Notes: generated from the sequence alone by a model not told the origin. Counted from the first letter of the stretch, positions 21,542 to 31,000 are shown. The stretch is 64,000 bases of DNA from Ferruginibacter sp. (GCA_039916545.1 JBDSLD010000418.1:2087-66086); one strand, 5' to 3'. Program-made: numbers and translations.

Positions 21542-23014
21542 TTACAACTGTCTTTTTTTCCAGTTGGATGTTACAGGGTTAAGGGCCTTCAATTTCTTTT
21601 GTGCATTCAACCAATATTTCAGGGCGATGATAGCAGCCAGTTCCGCATTGCTTTTTTGTTTACCTGTTAGTTTTGCCGGGGTATAATGGTCTTTCACAAA
21701 ATGGGTATCAAATTTACCGGATAGAAATGCTTCATGTTCAAAAACGAATTTTCCAAATGGCAATGTGGTGGATACACCTTCAATGATATAATCTTTTATA
21801 GCGGTCTTCATTTTTTGTATCGCATCCATCCGGTCTTTCCCATGAGTTACCAATTTGGCGATCATGGGATCATAGTAAATAGGAATGGACATACCCTGTT
21901 CATAACCATCATCTACACGAACACCATCACCACCTGGTTTTGTATAGGTGGTAAGCGTCCCGATAGAAGGTAGAAAGTCATTCAGTGGATCTTCTGCATA
22001 AACCCTGAGCTCAACGGAGTGTCCGTCAATTTGCAGCTCATCCTGCGTAAAACTCAAAACTTCCCCTCTTGCGATCCTGATCTGTTCTTCTACCAGGTCC
22101 TTCCCGGTTATCATTTCAGTAACGGGGTGCTCTACCTGCAACCTGGTATTCATTTCAAGAAAATAGAAATTCAGCTGGTCATCAATTAAAAATTCGACCG
22201 TGCCGGTACTGGTATAATCACAGGATTTTGCTACCATTACCGCAGCTGCACCCATTGTTTTTCGAAGTTCAGGCGTTAGTACTGAGGAGGGAGATTCTTC
22301 CACTACCTTCTGATGCCTGCGCTGGATACTGCATTCCCGTTCGAACAAGTGCACGACGTTTCCGTGCTTATCTGCCAGCACCTGAATTTCGATGTGCCTG
22401 GGGGCGGTCACATATTTTTCGATAAATACAGCGCCGTCGCCAAAAGATGATTTAGCTTCACTGGTGGCTCTTTGCATTTGCTCTTCAAGATCCTCTTCCT
22501 TTTCCACTACACGCATACCTTTTCCACCGCCACCGGCTGAAGCCTTGATCAATATCGGGTAGCCTGTTTTTTTAGCGATCGCCTTGGCCAGGCTGATATC
22601 TTCGATCGCCTGGTCAGTGCCGGGTACCATTGGGATATTGTATTTCTTTACGCACTCTTTGGCCGCCAGCTTGGAGCCCATAATGCGCATGGCTGCGGGC
22701 CCCGGACCAATAAAATTAATGCCTGCTTCTTCCACCAATTGAGCAAAATCGGCATTCTCGCTGAGAAAGCCATAGCCCGGATGAATGCCATCTACACCCA
22801 ATTCTTTTGCGAAGGCAATTATTTTTTCACCATCCAGGTATGATTGGGCTGAAGGGCCGGCACCCAGGCAAACAGCCTCATCCGCAAACAATACATGTGG
22901 TGAATTTCTATCGGGTTCGGAAAAGACTGCCACGGACCTGATCCCCATTTTACGGATCGTGCGCATGATTCTTAAGGCAATCTCACCGCGGTTGGCGACT
23001 AATATTTTTTGCAT
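21542..23014 (-). CDS. accC: biotin carboxylase (ATP-grasp) subunit
   Basis: The N-terminus reads [19 protein letters not shown]. Other blocks are [19 protein letters not shown] and [17 protein letters not shown] ~40-aa C-terminal extension goes beyond canonical AccC. Confidence 0.95.
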   Translation of the reverse strand: MQKILVANRGEIALRIMRTIRKMGIRSVAVFSEPDRNSPHVLFADEAVCLGAGPSAQSYLDGEKIIAFAKELGVDGIHPGYGFLSENADFAQLVEEAGINFIGPGPAAMRIMGSKLAAKECVKKYNIPMVPGTDQAIEDISLAKAIAKKTGYPILIKASAGGGGKGMRVVEKEEDLEEQMQRATSEAKSSFGDGAVFIEKYVTAPRHIEIQVLADKHGNVVHLFERECSIQRRHQKVVEESPSSVLTPELRKTMGAAAVMVAKSCDYTSTGTVEFLIDDQLNFYFLEMNTRLQVEHPVTEMITGKDLVEEQIRIARGEVLSFTQDELQIDGHSVELRVYAEDPLNDFLPSIGTLTTYTKPGGDGVRVDDGYEQGMSIPIYYDPMIAKLVTHGKDRMDAIQKMKTAIKDYIIEGVSTTLPFGKFVFEHEAFLSGKFDTHFVKDHYTPAKLTGKQKSNAELAAIIALKYWLNAQKKLKALNPVTSNWKKRQL

Positions 23015-23122
23015 ATTTGTTGTTAAAAGTTATCTCACTAATTAATACAGGCAGCATGGATTTTTAAGGCAATTAAAGACAAACTAAGCTATCGGACTCA
23101 TGACGATGTGCAGGTGATGAGT

Positions 23123-23623
23123 TTATTCAAGTTCTACCAATACCTGGCCCCTGTCAACGGCCTGTCCTTTTGAAACCAGTATTTTTTTTATTGTTGCGCC
23201 GGTTGGGATCATGATGCTGTTTTCCATTTTCATGGCTTCCAGTATTAGAATTTTATCTCCTGCATTTACCTGCTGGCCTTCTGACACGGCTATTTCCAAT
23301 ACCAATCCGGGCATCGGCGCTTTTATATTAGTGAGCTGTTTATTTACCTTTACACCAAAGCCCATTATCTCAAGCATCTGGTCCAGTTCATCCTTAATTT
23401 CAATGGAAAATGTATCGCCGTCGATCGCGATCTTAAACTTTTTATTGTCCGTATCGGCTTCCACCAGCACCGCATTAACGGAATGGTGTTCTTTTATGCA
23501 ATTGAATTCAGTGTCGGATTTTTGTATGAGGTCGGTATTTTGTAAATCAGTTTTATCAAAATAAAAAACAAAATCATTTGCTTTTATTTTGTAGGCCTTA
23601 TTCATGTCAATCATAAGTAGCAT
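23123..23623 (-). CDS. biotin carboxyl carrier protein (biotin/lipoyl attachment domain)
   Basis: The C-terminal domain reads IKAPMPGLVLEIAVSEGQQVNAGDKILILEAMKMENSI and contains the biotinyl-Lys AMKM motif. The start may be one of the internal Met codons. Confidence 0.9.
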   Translation of the reverse strand: MLLMIDMNKAYKIKANDFVFYFDKTDLQNTDLIQKSDTEFNCIKEHHSVNAVLVEADTDNKKFKIAIDGDTFSIEIKDELDQMLEIMGFGVKVNKQLTNIKAPMPGLVLEIAVSEGQQVNAGDKILILEAMKMENSIMIPTGATIKKILVSKGQAVDRGQVLVELE

Positions 23624-23871
23624 TGTTTATTTACTGCGCAAATCTTTATCTAATATAGGTAAATAGCCCAATATCCGGTCAATGATGATATAAATATTGG
23701 AGTTGGTGATAAAACTTTTAGAAGGAGGTAAAGATAATAGTTGTGGCGTTTGGTGTGGGTTGCTTTAAAAAAATAGCTTATAATAGAGAACAGCAAAATA
23801 ATTAAATAGTTGGCCGATGTACATGCCCGGAAGCTAAAATGCAAATAAAAAATGATCATCTTTTTGCCAGC

Positions 23872-25005
23872 TCAATCAAACCCATTCTTCCATTTTTGTG
23901 CGATTGCGATGGCTGTTTCCAACATGTATGGTTCCCATTTTTCAATTTCCCAATCCGTATTGGATAAGATAGATGTTCGGAGCAATTGTTGCGCGTGCTC
24001 GTAGCCGTTAGCGCTTTCTAAAATATTTGATAAGATTGATTGTTGGGCCTGTAGTAGCCTGTCTGCCATTGGATGGCCTGTTACCGGGTTCGTTGCGGGA
24101 TGAAAGCGATGTTGTGACAGCATGCTTTGCTGGCCGTCGTAATCCTTGACGATCGAACCCATTTTTTTGAAATCCTGTTGAAATAAATTTCTGCTATTGC
24201 TGGTATTAAGTCCATTGCTCAATTGTTCCAGCACTACATATTTTAAGTGTGGGCACATAGGAATGGTTTGCCTCAATAAATGAAACACTTCTTCCGGAAC
24301 AGAATCATCATGCGTATCCCTTCTTATTCTTTTGCCGGGAATAATTTGGGAATCTTCCCAACTACCGCCTGAAACATGAATTTCCCGCACACGGTGGAGC
24401 GGGTAAAGACGGATAAGTTCGTTAAAATCAATGTTGAAATTGTGTACCTGGCAGTATATATTGTGCAGGTCCAGAATGATAAAGCCATTCACCGGCGCTA
24501 CCAGCTGGTCCAAAAATTCACCATGCTTTTTTACTTCGTCCAATGAATAGGAAAATGCAAGATTCTCCAACCCGACAGGGCATTGACAGGCCTGGTAGAT
24601 CCTTTGTAACCTGTCGCGCCCGATTGATAGCGTTGTAAAAGTAAAGGGAATAGGAAGCGGCGCGCCGTAGTGAAAATTTTCACCCGTCATAAATCCGAAA
24701 TGCTCCGAAATTTGGTCAAAGCGAAATTCAGCGGATACTTTTTTAAGATGTCCCAGCCAATCCTGCTGGTCCTTCGACCAGCTTCCTGAAAACAAAGAAA
24801 AATATACACCGTGGCCGATCAACCTGTTTTCATTGCCAAAAGCGGTTAGCAATTCAACGAACCAGCCGGGAATGTTCCTGACTTTGAAAAGGGTGTCGAA
24901 GGACCATTCAATCGCTTCTACTTGCTCGCTTTCAAATAACGGGATGGCGGCCGACAATATATTTTCATCGAGGTTGCAGGATATGGAGGAAAATATTTTT
25001 CCCAT
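23872..25005 (-). CDS. chrH: DUF692/UPF0276 multinuclear non-haem iron oxidase (MNIO; ChrH/MbnB/TglH/BufB family) with ~110-aa C-terminal extension
   Basis: TIM-barrel landmarks of DUF692 appear in order: IEWSFDTLF, HGVYFSLFSG, ISEHFGF, VGLENLAF, IILDLHNIYCQVHNF, VREIHVSGG, RRDTHDDSVPEEVF and YVVLEQL. These end near residue 265 of 377. The symbol is given only in the sense of ChrH-like. Confidence 0.85.
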   Translation of the reverse strand: MGKIFSSISCNLDENILSAAIPLFESEQVEAIEWSFDTLFKVRNIPGWFVELLTAFGNENRLIGHGVYFSLFSGSWSKDQQDWLGHLKKVSAEFRFDQISEHFGFMTGENFHYGAPLPIPFTFTTLSIGRDRLQRIYQACQCPVGLENLAFSYSLDEVKKHGEFLDQLVAPVNGFIILDLHNIYCQVHNFNIDFNELIRLYPLHRVREIHVSGGSWEDSQIIPGKRIRRDTHDDSVPEEVFHLLRQTIPMCPHLKYVVLEQLSNGLNTSNSRNLFQQDFKKMGSIVKDYDGQQSMLSQHRFHPATNPVTGHPMADRLLQAQQSILSNILESANGYEHAQQLLRTSILSNTDWEIEKWEPYMLETAIAIAQKWKNGFD

Positions 25006-25038
25006 GAATAATTATTAAATGATCCGCAAAGGAATGCT

Positions 25039-25203
25039 TTATCCCATTCCGCATGCCGGGCAATTATCCGGGTAGCTGGTTGTTTTGGATTTCTCTGTCG
25101 GTACTTTTTTTCCTGCATCAACGCCCGGTTTTTCACATGAGCTGATCAGTCCTGCAGTAACCGCAACCAACATTGCCTGGATAAGTGTTTTTGAAACTTT
25201 CAT
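25039..25203 (-). CDS. chrA: 54-aa RiPP precursor candidate with lipoprotein-type signal and C-terminal CPACGMG motif (ChrA-like)
   Basis: I translated this by hand from the minus strand. It runs from ATG at 25203 to TAA at 25041-25039 and gives MKVSKTLIQAMLVAVTAGLISSCEKPGVDAGKKVPTEKSKTTSYPDNCPACGMG. The stop lies 33 nt before the DUF692 start codon on the same strand. It is too short (<60 aa) for the supplied ORF track. Confidence 0.7.
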   Translation of the reverse strand: MKVSKTLIQAMLVAVTAGLISSCEKPGVDAGKKVPTEKSKTTSYPDNCPACGMG

Positions 25204-25421
25204 CGTATATATTTATAAGATTATGAAACTGTTTACATCCATGACAAGGATCTTTTTAAAAGGGTTGCAACGCTAAATTAAATAAAAAGGGTATGCTGGT
25301 AGTCTAATTTTTCTTTTCAGCGCAAAGCATTATAGTTAAAGCGTTTTTACGAATATTCAACTGGTGGAATAATTTAAAAAGGCCCATTTCTGTACGGACT
25401 GTTGTAAGTTTGCGTTTTCCG

Positions 25422-26621
25422 ATGCTAAAAAATATATCTGCTTTTATTAAGATCAAACCTGCCCTGGCGGTAAGTTTTTTGTTTTGCACCTCGAGCCTTT
25501 TATTTGGAACCTGGGTTGCCTCCATACCAGGGATCAAGCACCGGCTTGATTTTACAGATGGAAGTCTTGGTTTGTCGTTACTTCTTTCGCCTTTGGGCGC
25601 AATCACCGGCATGCTGCTTTCAACCCGGGTTTTTAGCAAGGTAGCAGTTGGAAAATGGATGGTTTTCGGCTATACCCTTTTGTGCTTTATCATGATGATG
25701 CAGATCAATTCTGTGAACCGGGCCATGTTCTGGATTTGCTTATATTGTTTCGGCGTTATAAGTTTTTTGAATGGGGTATCTTCCAATGCTACGGTCAATT
25801 TATTGGAGAAAAAATACGGACGGCTTTTAATGAGTACCTGCCATGGTATGTATAGCCTGGGTGGTGCGGTAAGTGCGGGCCTGGCAGCGGTGTTGTTTTC
25901 AATTCATGTTCCCTCGGGGTGGCAAATAGTTATAGTCGCTTCAATTATTATCAGCGTCATCACGCTCATCAGGAAATACTTATTGGCTAACCGCGATATT
26001 ATTCATTCGCGTTCAGGCATAAAATTACCATCGGCAACCATCTTGGGGATATCATTTATATGCATGGTTACTTTTATGGCGGAAGGCTGTGTGGCAGACT
26101 GGAGTGCGATCTACCTGAAAGAGATATTACATTCGCCCAAGGAGTTAGTCAGCCTTGGTTATGCAGGTTTTTCCATTGCTATGACTATCGGAAGGCTAAA
26201 TGGCGATAGCCTGATCGCCAGGATCGGGAGTAAGAAAATAGTGATCGCCGGCTCAATATTGGCCGCAACGGGTTTCCTGATCGTAGTGTTTGCGCCGGCG
26301 GTTATGTTTGCTATTGCAGGTTATATTTTAGTTGGATTTGGATGCTCCTGTATAGTGCCGGTCCTTTTTAGTGCTTCAGCCAACATACCAGGTGTAAGCA
26401 CAGTTGAAGGCTTCGCCATGGTTACCACAGGCGGCCTGATCGGTTTTCTAACAGGCCCATCGCTGATCGGGTTTATCTCAGAAAAGGCGAATCTTTCCAA
26501 AGGCTTGTCCCTATTGATCCTATTAGCCCTGGTAGCCGCCGTAGTAGCGTGGAGAAATAAATTTTTAATCAACAGGAAGGCTCCGGTTGAGGAGATGCCT
26601 TTTGATGAGCAGGTTTATTGA
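25422..26621 (+). CDS. MFS transporter
   Basis: The protein has about 12 hydrophobic helices. Its two halves are separated by a short basic loop (...RKYLLANRDIIHSRSG...). The track ORF begins at a TTG (25410); the first ATG is at 25422. Confidence 0.85.
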   Translation: MLKNISAFIKIKPALAVSFLFCTSSLLFGTWVASIPGIKHRLDFTDGSLGLSLLLSPLGAITGMLLSTRVFSKVAVGKWMVFGYTLLCFIMMMQINSVNRAMFWICLYCFGVISFLNGVSSNATVNLLEKKYGRLLMSTCHGMYSLGGAVSAGLAAVLFSIHVPSGWQIVIVASIIISVITLIRKYLLANRDIIHSRSGIKLPSATILGISFICMVTFMAEGCVADWSAIYLKEILHSPKELVSLGYAGFSIAMTIGRLNGDSLIARIGSKKIVIAGSILAATGFLIVVFAPAVMFAIAGYILVGFGCSCIVPVLFSASANIPGVSTVEGFAMVTTGGLIGFLTGPSLIGFISEKANLSKGLSLLILLALVAAVVAWRNKFLINRKAPVEEMPFDEQVY

Positions 26622-26993
26622 TGATCTAAGCAGATGTTTATATTGTAGGCTTTTTCACCTTTTAGCCCTCCACGCTAAAAAAGCACGCTGCTAAACCCTG
26701 CCGCAGTAAAGCGCCGTCAATATTAAATTACAAAGAGTTGTCTTTGGAAAGCAACTGTCAGCGAAAGGTATTTGACCTTGCCTTTCACCCGGAGGCGCAA
26801 AGGGATATTTTGGTAAAACGAGGGGTAAATAATGACCAAGACATCGTAGCAACGCAAGTATTCCTTCGTGTCTTTGCGACTTTGCGTGAATCTTGTGAAG
26901 CGTCTTTGCGTGACTCGAAGGAAGTCGTGAGTTTATTTCAGATATCCATTGAAACACCCACAAACACTTAAAAAAATTATCAATATAAAATCA

Positions 26994-27027
26994 ATAGCCG
27001 GCAACTCCCATAAGAGTTGCCGGCTAT
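26994..27027 (-). terminator. perfect 14-bp hairpin downstream of the DUF2911 gene
   Basis: The sequence is ATAGCCGGCAACTC-ccataa-GAGTTGCCGGCTAT. It is flanked by an A9 run on the plus strand and T-rich sequence on the minus strand. It lies 17 nt beyond the stop at 27044. Confidence 0.6.
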
Positions 27028-27043
27028 CAAAAAAAAATCTATC

Positions 27044-27874
27044 TTATTTTAATGCTTTTATCAGATCCTCATTCAATTTTACATAATCTGAATTTTTGGC
27101 TGCAGTAGCCAGTTCCAGTGATTTTGATGCAGCTGCAATCGCATCCTGCTTCTTACCTAATTTGGCCAGGCAATTCGCTTTTTGATGAAATATCCAGAAT
27201 GCCGTAGGATTTTGATCAGCTGCTTTATTGAACCAGTCCAACGCCTTATTCATGTCTTTGCCATTGTTCATATAATACATAGCGGCTTCATAATAGGGCT
27301 TGTTATCTTTAGTCATTATATTATCGATCTGGCCCATTACTTTACTTTCCACATCTGTTGTAATTGGAAGTGTAATATTGGTATTTTCCCATTGGATGTT
27401 AAGGTCGCAGGTATTGGCTTTTATGTTAGCGAACTGCATGGTAAAAGTCTCAACTTTTTCCTTTAATGCTGTAGGCTTTACACTGATCCGCACCACATCG
27501 CTTTCTTCCTTGTAGGCGGCAGGTGACGTTACATCAAGTTGTTTGGTAATGATCAGCGTCCAGTCATTCTGGCCCGGGATCGACAAAAGACCATATTTTC
27601 CGGCGGGAACTTTTTTATCTCCAATCGTAACATCATCACCGAAGGTGAGCGTAGTGGCCTGGTTAGCACCGGTGCGCCATACTTTACCAAATGGAACCAG
27701 TTCACCTATCACTTTACGTTCCTTTACACTGGGTCTTGAGTAAGACAGTTCAATAGAGGAGAGCCCAAAATTTTGTTTAATGGTTTGAGTAGTGCTCGGC
27801 TGAGGTGTAACAAGCGTTTGAGCAAAGGTCAAATTGCACACAGCGACGGCAATAATTAAAAATATTTTTTTCAT
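27044..27874 (-). CDS. DUF2911 domain protein with C-terminal TPR-like helices
   Basis: It has a signal peptide (MKKIFLIIAVAVCNLTFAQ). The DUF2911 core reads VWRTGANQATTLTFGDDVTIGDKKVPAGKYGLLSIP. The C-terminus (YYEAAMYYMNNGKDMNKALDWFNKA...) is TPR-like. Confidence 0.75.
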   Translation of the reverse strand: MKKIFLIIAVAVCNLTFAQTLVTPQPSTTQTIKQNFGLSSIELSYSRPSVKERKVIGELVPFGKVWRTGANQATTLTFGDDVTIGDKKVPAGKYGLLSIPGQNDWTLIITKQLDVTSPAAYKEESDVVRISVKPTALKEKVETFTMQFANIKANTCDLNIQWENTNITLPITTDVESKVMGQIDNIMTKDNKPYYEAAMYYMNNGKDMNKALDWFNKAADQNPTAFWIFHQKANCLAKLGKKQDAIAAASKSLELATAAKNSDYVKLNEDLIKALK

Positions 27875-28078
27875 AATGTTTTTTTTGAACGGCTAAATTA
27901 ACATCTATTAGCTGGAAATGAAATTAATTATTCAACAATGAAATCACAGCGGTATCATATGTTAAAATACCGGAAAAACAAAATAGAAATATTAAAACAA
28001 AATGTTAAATTTAATTTCTCTCCATTTCCGCGGATACACCCTCATTTTTCTGCTAATCTAAATCTAAAAACAATTATC

Positions 28079-31000
28079 ATGAAAAAACTTCTCCTCTTTT
28101 CCTTATTGATCAACGTTACTTTTTGCACTTACGCCCAGGTTTCCGACAATGCAACCGGCATTGCCAATAAACTTCTTCAAAAAAATATTGCGGCAGCAGG
28201 TTTAAAGCCAGCCGACCTTGGAAATTCAATTGTTACGGGCACTTACCTGGTACCCGGATCAAATATCAGGATGGTGTACCTGCAACAGACCTACCAGGAT
28301 ATTCCTGTATATAACCAGGTGCAGGTATTGGCATTTAACGGTGATAAACTGGTGTCTAATGCAGGTGGCCGGTTACCCGCAGTTGAACAGCTGAATAAAA
28401 ATGCCGCCAGGAGCGCCACTATTAGTTCGGCAAATGCCGTACAGGCATCCCTGGCCTTGTTAAAGATCAAGCCATCACAGGATATTGTAGCATTGAGGTC
28501 GCCCGGTAACGGCAAAAAATTCGAATTTGGCAAACAAAATATTTCCATAGAAAATATAACCGCTGAATTGATATGGTTACCTGTGGATGATGGCAAAGAA
28601 CTGAAGCTGGTTTGGCAGGTATTCGTTGCCCCGCACAACGACCAGGATTATTGGCTCGTAAGGATCGATGCAACCAATAATTCATTTATCAATAAACAAA
28701 GCCTAACTATAAAATGTAACTGGGATACAGAGGATCATTCCGAAAAAGGTCATCTAAATAACAACAACGGTTTAAGTACCGGCCCGGGCAGTAAGCCACT
28801 GGTATCGCCGGGGAATAATAAATCAGGGGCCGGGGCACAAGTGGTAAATACCGCAACATACCGCGTCATTAAATATCCGGCCGAAAGTCCGCAGCACTCG
28901 GGCGGAGCAAGTGTATTGGTTACGGCCCCATGGAACATGTCGCCAGGCAATGCAACCACATTGGGATGGCACAATGACGGTACCACCTCTTACAGCAATA
29001 CGAGAGGTAATAATGTATATGCATATGAAGATAGGAATGCTGATAATCTGACCGGTGTATCCCCGGTTTCTACTACCGCTCAGCCAAGCCTGACTTTCAA
29101 CTTTGTGCCTGATTTTACACTCGCGCCAACCGTTACATCGCCTACGCCCAATCAGCAGTTTAACACGACCAATTTATTTTACTGGAACAACCTGATGCAC
29201 GACCTGTCATATATTTATGGGTTTAATGAAGCGTCCAGGAACTTTCAAAATAATAACCAAAGCAGGGGAGGAGCAGGAGCCGATTATGTGCTGGCAGAAT
29301 CACAGGACGGAAGTGGTACCAATAACGCTAATTTTTCTACCCCTGCAGATGGAGGAAGGGGCAGGATGCAAATGTACCTTTGGACAGCCCCTACGCCAGA
29401 CCGCGATGGAGATGTAGACAACGGCATCATCGCCCATGAGTACACGCATGGAATTAGCAACAGGCTTACCGGGAATGGCAGTACCTGTCTTACAAACGCC
29501 GAGCAAATGGGCGAGGGCTGGAGTGATTTTTTTGGTTTGATGATCACGCAGGACTGGTCGACTACCGCACTAAATGACGGCTTCAGCAAGCCCCGTGGAA
29601 TTGGTACGTATGCATTGAACCAGCCCATAACGGGCTTGGGTATCCGCCAATACAGGTACACAACGGATATGTCCGTCAATCCCCTGACTTATGGGAACCT
29701 TGCTTCTGTCGTGGCGCCGCATGGAGTGGGTACGATCTGGTGTACCGCCTTATGGGATATGACCTGGGAGATCATACAACAAAACGGAACGATCAATCCC
29801 AATATTTTCAATATCGGTGTGGGTGGCGGAAATGCCATTGCCCTGAAACTGGTATTGGAAGGATTACGTTTGCAACCCTGCAGTCCCGGTTTTATTGATG
29901 GACGGAATGCTATCCTGAAAGCAGATACATTGTTTTTTGGCGCTCAATACAGTTGCGCCATAATAAAAGCTTTTGCCAGGAGGGGAATGGGCCTGGGCGC
30001 CTCACAAGGTTCGTCTAATTCCAGAACAGACCAGACACTTAGCTTTGTGGATTGCTCATCAGCCACCTGTAATACACCAACGGGTTTAACTGCAACGAAC
30101 ATCACTACTACCTCCGCAGCCGTTAACTGGTCCGCTGTTTCAGGGGCAACCAACTATACGGTGGAGTATAAATTAAATACTGCTTCTGCCTGGATTACCG
30201 CTGCTGCGGCCACAACTGCCACCACTGCAAGTATTAGTGGTCTCACTGCCGCGTCACTGTATGACTGGCGGGTGCGTACCAACTGTTCTTCGGGTAGCGG
30301 TGCGTTTACGGCAGCCCAGTTTACTACTTCTGCCACAGCTAACTGCTCCGCGCCAACCGGTCTTACAACTTCCGCCATTACTACCAGTAGTGCAACGGTC
30401 AACTGGGCGACTGTACCTGGCGCGCTTAATTATACCGTGGAATATAAATTGAACACTGCCGCTACCTGGACCGTAGCTGCAACAGCAATTACTGCCACTT
30501 CCTTCAATATAACTGGTCTTACTGCAGGCAGCGCCTATAATTGCAGGGTGCTGGCGACCTGCCCGGCCGGTAACAGTGCTTATACGCAGGTGAATTTCAC
30601 GACAACTTCCCTGGGATGCGCCAGTTCATATGATATCAGCTCAAATGGCACAACAGGCGGCGCCGCTCAAATACCACTTAATACCGATGTTACAGGCCTC
30701 ATTAGTCCGACCGGTGATAATGACTATTACAAGTTTGTAATAACTACCAGCGGAACTGCTACTATCACTTTGTCGACTCTGCCTGCAGATTACGATATCC
30801 GGTTGTACAGGAGCAATGGTACGAGCCAGCTGGCTATCTCTCAAAATGGAAATACCACGAGCGAAACGATCAGTGGGAATTTTGGTGCCGGCACTTATTA
30901 TTTGAAGGTATATGGTTATAACGGGGCAAATAACGCGAATACCTGCTATACACTGAAAGTGGCTACCGGTACGGCTTCTTTTGGAGAGGAGTTATTGCCT

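Noticed and set aside
19989-23623. The acyl-CoA carboxylase operon as part of the RiPP cluster. It has the same orientation and lies immediately downstream.
   Set aside because: The BCCP, biotin carboxylase and carboxyltransferase trio is a self-contained primary-metabolism unit that is conserved on its own in Bacteroidota. A 250-bp AT-rich gap separates it from the MNIO gene. No known MNIO pathway uses a carboxylase.
24918-25136. A 72-aa minus-strand ORF from the track, overlapping the DUF692 start and the short precursor ORF.
   Set aside because: It overlaps the 5' end of the well-supported DUF692 gene by ~90 nt and has no recognisable features. The 54-aa ORF in the other frame has a clean signal peptide, a Cys motif and proper spacing to the enzyme gene.
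26691-26971. Two ~80-90-aa ORFs on opposite strands in the MFS / DUF2911 intergenic region.
   Set aside because: They overlap each other almost completely and contain a short repeated DNA motif. Neither has protein-like features, so I treated them as a non-coding repeat element.
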